From: Candidatus Woesebacteria bacterium
GTDB taxonomy: Bacteria > Patescibacteriota > Microgenomatia > UBA1400 > MFAQ01
Length of the DNA: 64,000 bases
Assembly (NCBI GenBank): GCA_035389185.1
Contig: DAOORK010000001.1
Coordinates: forward strand, 695,419 to 759,418
Reading direction: 5' to 3'
Under the pieces are notes generated by a model that was not told the DNA's origin, made no database searches, and worked only from the letters and a program-made list of their open reading frames with translations. Position 1 is the stretch's first letter, and the number at the start of each line of letters is the position of its first letter. Made by a program: the position numbers and the translations under genes. Positions 57,084 to 64,000 of the stretch are shown here, one piece after another.

Positions 57084-57404
57084 CGTACTTAACATCATAA
57101 CCGGAGGATGTATTGAATACTTTTGTTGATCCTAATGAGCTGACTGAAGCGGAAGCCAACATTTATTATTGGCTGATCTTAAATCCCGACAAAAGGAAAT
57201 GCACCCGGGCGTTCATTCGCCAAGGTGGAAATCGGCGCCAAGATCATGGTTCCCGCGGTCTGCACCAGGGTCATACTTGGGACGATCGAGAACGAGATTT
57301 TTCTCAATCGGCCAAACGTCGTGACTTTCGGGCGGCCGGAAGACAGATCACCGGAACAATGTAGTTTTATAAAAGCCTCTTGCAATTGCGAGAGGCTTTT
57401 TCTT
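57084..57404 (+). ncRNA. Candidate structured ncRNA (~320 nt); best guess RNase P RNA-like
   Basis: Bounded by a strong promoter and the hairpin terminator AGCCTCT-TGCAATTGCG-AGAGGCT+T5. GC content is clearly above the surrounding DNA. All ORFs are short, R-rich and overlapping. Motifs AGGAAA..CCCGGGC, AAGGTGGAAATCGGCGCCAAGA..GCACCAGGG and GACAGATCACCGG loosely resemble RNase P CR-I, the P10.1-P12 A-rich region and CR-V. The 5' TGTATTG can pair with the 3' CAATGTA (P1-like). Confidence 0.35.
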
Positions 57405-57459
57405 TTGGAATTGACATAAAAAAGGAGGCCGGGTGGCCTCCTTGGATCGTACGAGAGAT

Positions 57460-57870
57460 TTATTCTTCGGGGATTTCGATGAACAGAAGAATTTTTGTAA
57501 GTTCGGAGCTCCAATTTATGGGAGCAACGGCGCTATTACTTGGAAAGAGAAACCTGATGAACTCTTTGAAATCTGCCCTTACCGTTTTTGAAGTGTGTTT
57601 GTGGTCTTGGGTATAGATTGTCGATTTGGTGATCCAGACTCCAAACTCTTTTGTTTGATAAACCACGTTGTAGGTGAAGTCGCCGGTAACGCCATTGGGA
57701 ATAACATTGATGATACCGCAGGTTGTAAAAAAATGGTTCTTAGATTTTTCAATAGATTTGGCGTCGGTTCCTGAAAATTGATGATCAAGTTCAATATCGA
57801 TCGAATCAAATGCGGATGCGGTTCCAATGTGTGATTCTAATACGACATGATACTTATACTTTTTGGGCAC
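57460..57870 (-). CDS. Hypothetical protein (136 aa, GTG start with AAGGAGG SD)
   Basis: Strong SD 7 nt upstream of GTG on the minus strand. No domain recognised. Confidence 0.45.
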   Translation of the reverse strand: MPKKYKYHVVLESHIGTASAFDSIDIELDHQFSGTDAKSIEKSKNHFFTTCGIINVIPNGVTGDFTYNVVYQTKEFGVWITKSTIYTQDHKHTSKTVRADFKEFIRFLFPSNSAVAPINWSSELTKILLFIEIPEE

Positions 57871-58058
57871 AATTTCCTCCTTTGGAAATCGAAGATATTT
57901 GAATTTTTAAGATTGCGAACTAAGACCTATATAGTAGTATAGGAGGGGGGAATTGTCAAGAATAGGTATTGGCCGACTAGTACTTTTTTTACAGTATGTG
58001 GTAAAATATTTGTGTTCGCGAAAGGTACTAATTTCTTCTTTGGGAGTCGTTTTTCTAC

Positions 58059-58088
58059 TTGCCAAATGTAGGTATGGTTGTGTACAAT
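58059..58088 (+). promoter_or_regulatory. Putative rRNA promoter TTGCCA-N18-TACAAT
   Basis: About 100 nt upstream of the 16S 5' end. Confidence 0.35.
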
Positions 58089-58195
58089 AGCGAAGCTCGT
58101 TAACAAGTGAAGCAGCCAAGTATGCACTGGGTGCATATTTGATACTATTTTTTTGTCATTTGAAAAGTGGCAGAGAGTGACGTTTAAAAAGCAAT

Positions 58196-59684
<1,489 letters not shown>

Positions 59685-59798
59685 TAGGAGTTAAGGACTT
59701 CACGAGTCCGATGATAATATCGCCACACTATTGGTAAATGAGTGTCTAAATAAAACTTACCTAGACTCTCTCCACTTTTCAGTTGATAAAACAAAAAA

Positions 59799-59824
59799 TG
59801 CCACCCTTTGGGGTGGATTTTTTG
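59799..59824 (+). terminator. Rho-independent terminator ~115 nt after the 16S 3' end
   Basis: GCCACCC-TTTG-GGGTGG followed by ATTTTTTG. Confidence 0.6.
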
Positions 59825-59848
59825 TGGCGTAAAGCAGATCTTTGAACT

Positions 59849-60120
59849 AAGAGCTTGCTCGTCACCCTTTCAATAATATTCATTATTGAAATGTTGTTCC
59901 TGCGCTTCCTCTTATATTCGCTCATAGCTCACTATGCTTCGCTATGATGCTTAAATATAGACTCTTTGCCGCTTTTGAAATGATAAGAGCTTGCTCGGAA
60001 TTTGAGCATAACTTCGTTATGTAACTCAAATTCTCTGCGCTTGCCTCTTATAATCGCTCATAACTTCGTTATGATGCTTGATTATAAAAGTAGATAGTAT
60101 ATTGCTTCACTCTGAGTACA
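59849..60120. repeat. Imperfect ~135-nt tandem direct repeat (2 units) downstream of 16S
   Basis: Unit starts TAAGAGCTTGCTCG at 59849 and 59984. Shared core CTGCGCTTSCCTCTTATAWTCGCTCATA...ATGATGCTT. Confidence 0.5.
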
Positions 60121-60231
60121 AATAACTCGCTTTAGGGCGGGTTTTTTGTATCTATATAGCTTGACTACATCCTATAATCGTGATAATATCATGCCTGAAA
60201 TTATTCTTTGACATTTATAAGGAGGATAAGT

Positions 60232-60989
60232 TGAGAAAAATAACGATATTTTTTGTAGCAGTAATAATTTGCTTGCTTGGTTGGATGTCAAGACAGGATA
60301 CGGCGGAAGCTGTTGTAGTAAGTAAACCAACCGAGTCAATTGAGATACAAGAAGGACAGAAGGACTTTCCGGTTAATCCATATAAAGGAAGAATTTGGAA
60401 TCAGTACTGTGACAAGATTCGGGGGGATGATGGAGCGGTAATCGAGATTTCCTGTTCGGAAAGTTGGGCAAGTGAACCTCTTCCTGGAGGCTGTTCCGCC
60501 AAAACGCTTAATTACAAAGGCTATTCTGGTTGTTCGGCTGCGGCTATGGCCTATGTAATAAACCAGATGCTCTCTCCTCTGGAGATAGAAACAGCAACCG
60601 GTAAACCGGTTTTGGGAGTGACGCCTAATTTTTTGATTGATGAAGTGTTTCCGAGTAAGGGCTATTATCTGGACTGTAATGGATTTTCCGAAGTTCAGAT
60701 GATTGACATCTTAAGCTATTTTGGCCTGAGTTCCAGGACTGAACCGGTTAGCAAACACACCCTTGAAAAAACGATTCTTCCCGGCGAAATGGCAATTGTG
60801 GGGGTACGTGTTAATTACAAGGGCGAATGGATGGAACACTGGGTTGTACCGATAGATTTTGTAGACAAGAAAATTGTTTTTGCGGACAGCTATTATGGGG
60901 AAGGCGAAGCGATAGTGTTAGACGAAGTATCCGGTATATATTCTTGGGACATAATTTCTATCATGATTATTTCCAAAACCTCACCGTAG
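60232..60989 (+). CDS. Secreted/membrane-anchored papain-fold cysteine peptidase-like protein (Peptidase_C39-like)
   Basis: TTG start 7 nt after AAGGAGG. N-terminal TM/signal. Candidate catalytic Cys in KGYSGCSAAAMAYVINQ and His in MEHWVVPIDFVD. Confidence 0.4.
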
Positions 60990-61003
60990 GGTGAGGTTTT
61001 TTG
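60977..61003 (+). terminator. Rho-independent terminator overlapping the stop codon
   Basis: AACCTCACC-GTAG-GGTGAGGTT + TTTT. Confidence 0.6.
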
Positions 61004-61285
61004 TATTTAGGAGTTCGGTGATAGTTTTGACTTTAGCCTATATGTAGAATAGAATACGCCTAACAAACGATCCTTAAAATTATGGAGGTAGGGATGAATA
61101 TTTTTTGAATATCTTTGCTGGATGTTGGGTGGAACGGTGACCTTTTTTAGCGTTATTGGTTTGGGGGTAGCTCGTGCAATCGGGAATAAGGGTGACTGGT
61201 TGTATCTACTTCCGGGACTAATTTTTGGAATTTTATTATTGGTAATCGCCAGATGGATAAGTAAAAATGACAAAAAGGAGGAAAG

Positions 61286-61513
61286 GTGAAATATTTACGA
61301 CTTGTGGGAAGAATTTTTGTTTGGGGGGTGATTGTGTCTGTAATGTTAGCCACGCTTGGTCTATTCGCGGCATCGATTAAGTCGATGTTTATGTCTGGAT
61401 TTACAATTGGATTTTTGATCTGGGCTGCGGTGGCGGTTCTTCTCTTTTGTTTTGAATTAGCCGGAGCAATAAGATACATGTATTATACGGAAGAAAACGA
61501 GATTTATCGGTAA
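61286..61513 (+). CDS. Small membrane protein (75 aa, GTG start)
   Basis: AAGGAGG SD. Two hydrophobic helices. Overlaps by GTGA an unlisted upstream 55-aa hydrophobic ORF (61122..61289). Confidence 0.4.
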   Translation: MKYLRLVGRIFVWGVIVSVMLATLGLFAASIKSMFMSGFTIGFLIWAAVAVLLFCFELAGAIRYMYYTEENEIYR

Positions 61514-61528
61514 GAAAATTAGGTAACT

Positions 61529-61551
61529 GACCCTCGAAAGAGGGTCTTTTT
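61529..61551. terminator. Intrinsic terminator (GACCCTC-GAAA-GAGGGTC + T5), possibly bidirectional
   Basis: Perfect 7-bp GC-rich stem with tetraloop. T-run on the plus side and A-run on the other. Confidence 0.55.
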
Positions 61552-61588
61552 GTACAAAAGATCCCGCCATAAAGGCGAGATCTTATTG

Positions 61589-61661
61589 TGGGCGCTCATG
61601 GGGTCGAACCATGCACCTCGGTCTTATCAGGACCGCGCTCTAACCAGATGAGCTAAGCGCC
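61589..61661 (-). tRNA. tRNA-Ile (anticodon GAU)
   Basis: Minus strand GGGCGCT-TA-GCTC-ATCTGGTTA-GAGC-G-CGGTC-CTGATAA-GACCG-AGGTG-CATGG-TTCGACC-CCATG-AGCGCCC-A. Confidence 0.85.
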
Positions 61662-61744
61662 CAAACAACTCAGATATTTTATCACATGAGGCTAATTCGT
61701 GGTAGAATCATGGGGCAAATTAAAATCTGTTTTAGGAGGATGAC

Positions 61745-62155
61745 GTGACGGAAAAAAAGAGACTGACAAAAAGAGTATCGGGATTAATACTCATTTTGGT
61801 TGGCGTGGTACTGTTGGTTTTCCTTGCTTTTTCTCTTGAACTTTGGACAACTTTTGCCTTAATAGCAATTGAACTGTTGGTGTTGACTGCTATTGATATT
61901 GGCTTCCAGTATCTTAGGGCAGCCAGGAGTGAAGAGAATAAAGACGATAAAAAACATAATAAAAAGAAATCTTGTTGGCAGTATCTTATGGCCATATTGG
62001 GTTTACTGGTAACGGTGGCAGTTTGGGCATGTGCGGTGGGAATATCTTCAATCTCGATTCATTATTCGATTATGATGTTTTTGCTAGGTCTGATTTCTCT
62101 TTCGGTAGCGGTAAACATGAATATTGATGCGGGAAACCGTATGCCTGTACCATAA
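61745..62155 (+). CDS. Integral membrane protein, hypothetical (3-4 TM)
   Basis: Hydrophobic helices. Followed by the terminator ACCGGGT-TAAAC-ACCCGGT + T7 at ~62164-62190. Confidence 0.5.
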   Translation: MTEKKRLTKRVSGLILILVGVVLLVFLAFSLELWTTFALIAIELLVLTAIDIGFQYLRAARSEENKDDKKHNKKKSCWQYLMAILGLLVTVAVWACAVGISSISIHYSIMMFLLGLISLSVAVNMNIDAGNRMPVP

Positions 62156-62204
62156 AAAATAAAACACCGGGTTAAACACCCGGTTTTTTTGTTATATTTG
62201 AGGA

Positions 62205-62483
62205 ATGAGTGCACTAAGAGAAAGAATTAATATGGTAATACCAACTAGCCCTGATAGTTTTGACAAGTGGGCAACGGTTTATGAAACAGAAGATGGAGGA
62301 GCAATCGTGTGTATGGATTTTGAGAATAACTTGGGAATGATGGTGGATGCAAATGAGAAGCTCAAAGAGTTGGGTATTGAGGCTGTGTTGGATATAAACT
62401 CAAAGGAAACAGCCTTTATCTTGGTGGATCAGAATAACGTGGTAGTGCCCTTTGACGTTGTGATGAAGACACTCTTTGGTTAG
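62205..62483 (+). CDS. Hypothetical protein (92 aa)
   Basis: ORF with no recognisable domain. Confidence 0.4.
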   Translation: MSALRERINMVIPTSPDSFDKWATVYETEDGGAIVCMDFENNLGMMVDANEKLKELGIEAVLDINSKETAFILVDQNNVVVPFDVVMKTLFG

Positions 62484-62497
62484 AAGGAAAAGCGATT

Positions 62498-63538
62498 TTG
62501 TGGGAAAATATCTGTGTAATGAATAAAGGATTTTGGGAAAAATTAGCAAAACCGATCGTAGGCCTGTCACCGATGGACGGAGTGACGGATGCTCCTATGC
62601 GTTTTGTGGCCAAAAAATATGGCCAGCCTAACGTGATCTACACCGAGTTTGTGAGTGTGGATGGTTTGTGGCGAGTTCAAAAAAGAGGAGAAACGACCCA
62701 CAAAATTTGGAATGAATTAAAGTATGACAAAAGTGAGAAACCGGTAGTAGTGCAGCTGTTTGGAAGTGATCCTGACTCTTTTGGTGAAGCGACAAAGATT
62801 GTAGCGACAATGGGATTTGATGGGATTGATATTAACATGGGTTGTCCTTCTCCAGGCCTAGAAAAACGAGGAGGGGGAGCCGGTTTGATGAGAGATATCG
62901 GCAGAGCAAAAGCGGTTGTTGAGGCAGTACGGAGTGTGGCCGGTAATATTCCAGTGTCGGTAAAGACACGAATCGGGAGTGATCGTCCGGACAGAGACTG
63001 GTGGAAAGCGCTGACATCGATGGAGATACCGACCATTGCGATGCATGGCAGAACCTTTAGACAGTTGTACTCAGGAGAAGCTGATTGGGAGGTTTTGAGA
63101 GAAGCTTCAAAAATTATTAAGGAAAGCGGAGCACTGTTTTTGGGGAATGGGGATGTGAGTAAAGTATTAAGTATTAAGTATCAAGTATTAGGTATGGGAA
63201 ATTGGGGAATTGAGACTACTTCTGGGAGAGTGATGGAGTTGGGAAATGATTTTGACGGGGTGTTGGTTGGTCGAAAGGCTGTTGGTAATCCCTGGGCATT
63301 ACGCAAAGATGGATATGAACCTAGCCTGAAGGAAAAATTGATGACGGCTGTAGAACACGCGAGAGTGTTTGAAAGAAACTTACCAGGAAATAAATTTGAG
63401 ATTATGAGGAAACATTTAACCTGGTATGCACATGGGTTTGATGGAGCGGGTAGCCTAAGGCGTCAGTTGGTCCAGACCAACAGTGCCGACGAAGTGGAAA
63501 AATTGGTGACGGAATTTCTGGATACAGCCCAGTTTTGA
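62498..63538 (+). CDS. dus: tRNA-dihydrouridine synthase
   Basis: LSPMDGVTDAPMR N-terminal TIM-barrel motif and NMGCPSP catalytic Cys region. Confidence 0.8.
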   Translation: MWENICVMNKGFWEKLAKPIVGLSPMDGVTDAPMRFVAKKYGQPNVIYTEFVSVDGLWRVQKRGETTHKIWNELKYDKSEKPVVVQLFGSDPDSFGEATKIVATMGFDGIDINMGCPSPGLEKRGGGAGLMRDIGRAKAVVEAVRSVAGNIPVSVKTRIGSDRPDRDWWKALTSMEIPTIAMHGRTFRQLYSGEADWEVLREASKIIKESGALFLGNGDVSKVLSIKYQVLGMGNWGIETTSGRVMELGNDFDGVLVGRKAVGNPWALRKDGYEPSLKEKLMTAVEHARVFERNLPGNKFEIMRKHLTWYAHGFDGAGSLRRQLVQTNSADEVEKLVTEFLDTAQF

Positions 63539-63642
63539 GGCTATTTTTGACCACTTTTTCCGCAAAATTTGCCTGTTGTTTTCTTCTTTTTTTGTCAGTA
63601 CGATGAGGATGTTGGATATTAAATATTTTTTTAAATATATAT

Positions 63643-64000
63643 GGTTGAACAGGGCCCAAGAAGAGAAACAGTAACATCTAATCCGCCAATCCTGTCACAG
63701 GAGGAAAAAGATGCCCTATTTGATCTAATCATCGAACCATCCCAAAAGATTGAAAGAAATAATATTGGTCGAGACGAGGTGAGAATTGATTTGGCCAGTA
63801 ATGATTCAATAATGATAGTTTGTGTTTCTGATTTACATATTGGATCTGTGGCTACCGACTACAAAAAAATCGATGAGATATTTGATTTTGTGATGAAGAC
63901 AGAGAATGCCAAGATGATTCTTTTGGGTGATGAGTTTGAAGGAACAAAAGAGAAATATATGAACACCAATGTGGCCAGAATCTTGGGTGATACTGAGACT
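63643..64000 (+). CDS. Metallophosphoesterase (calcineurin-like), 5' partial to window end
   Basis: MIVCVSDLHIG motif I (D-x-H) and LLGDEF motif II (GD). Confidence 0.5.

Noticed and set aside
57113-57514. ORFs of 83 aa (+), 64 aa (+) and 111 aa (-) inside the GC-rich locus
   Set aside because: They are mutually overlapping, Arg-rich junk-like translations with no RBS logic. The locus is better explained as ncRNA.

Overview
This 64-kb window is a gene-dense, mostly + strand chromosomal segment from a small-genome bacterium. The divergent 16S rRNA, short protein versions and standalone 16S suggest a CPR/Patescibacteria-like lineage (inference).

The left end is a B12 module: a 3' fragment of nrdR, a class II (AdoCbl) ribonucleotide reductase and a CobA-type cob(I)alamin adenosyltransferase. 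Next come a membrane-anchored VirD4/TraG-like P-loop ATPase, tRNA-Ile(UAU), a small hypothetical, a XerC/D-like tyrosine recombinase, an FtsB-like protein and two CAU tRNAs.

Much of the window (~8-47 kb) is enriched in aminoacyl-tRNA synthetases: trpS, argS-lysS, thrS, tyrS, hisS, glyQS, aspS, a divergent low-GC asnS-like paralog and leuS. Housekeeping genes are interleaved: ftsH, a 5'-3' exonuclease, fpg, recF, an ATP-dependent DNA ligase, pth, a CsoR-like repressor with trxA-trxB-nudix, rel/spoT, murB, mnmA, a purA-like ligase and dus. A 16S rRNA (~58196-59684) is followed by a terminator with no 23S, and a tRNA-Ile(GAU) lies on the - strand.

The most notable features are:
- A contiguous cluster at 47.5-52.2 kb: a 7-TM membrane protein plus three paralogous RimK-like ATP-grasp ligases, one fused to a retropepsin-like (DTGA) protease domain. 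This looks like an expanded peptide-ligase/processing system.
- A structured palindromic repeat with two copies, one intergenic inside that cluster and one inserted in-frame within mnmA.
- A T-box leader with canonical antiterminator geometry upstream of argS-lysS, and a second T-box-like antiterminator upstream of thrS.
- A GC-rich, promoter- and terminator-bounded ~320-nt locus at 57.1-57.4 kb with no credible ORF, which is a candidate structured ncRNA and possibly RNase P RNA.
- Unusual tRNAs: Ile-UAU with C55, and a CAU tRNA with an A54/A60 T-loop.
- A compositionally foreign AsnRS-like gene next to aspS.

No CRISPR array, phage structural genes or transposase were seen.
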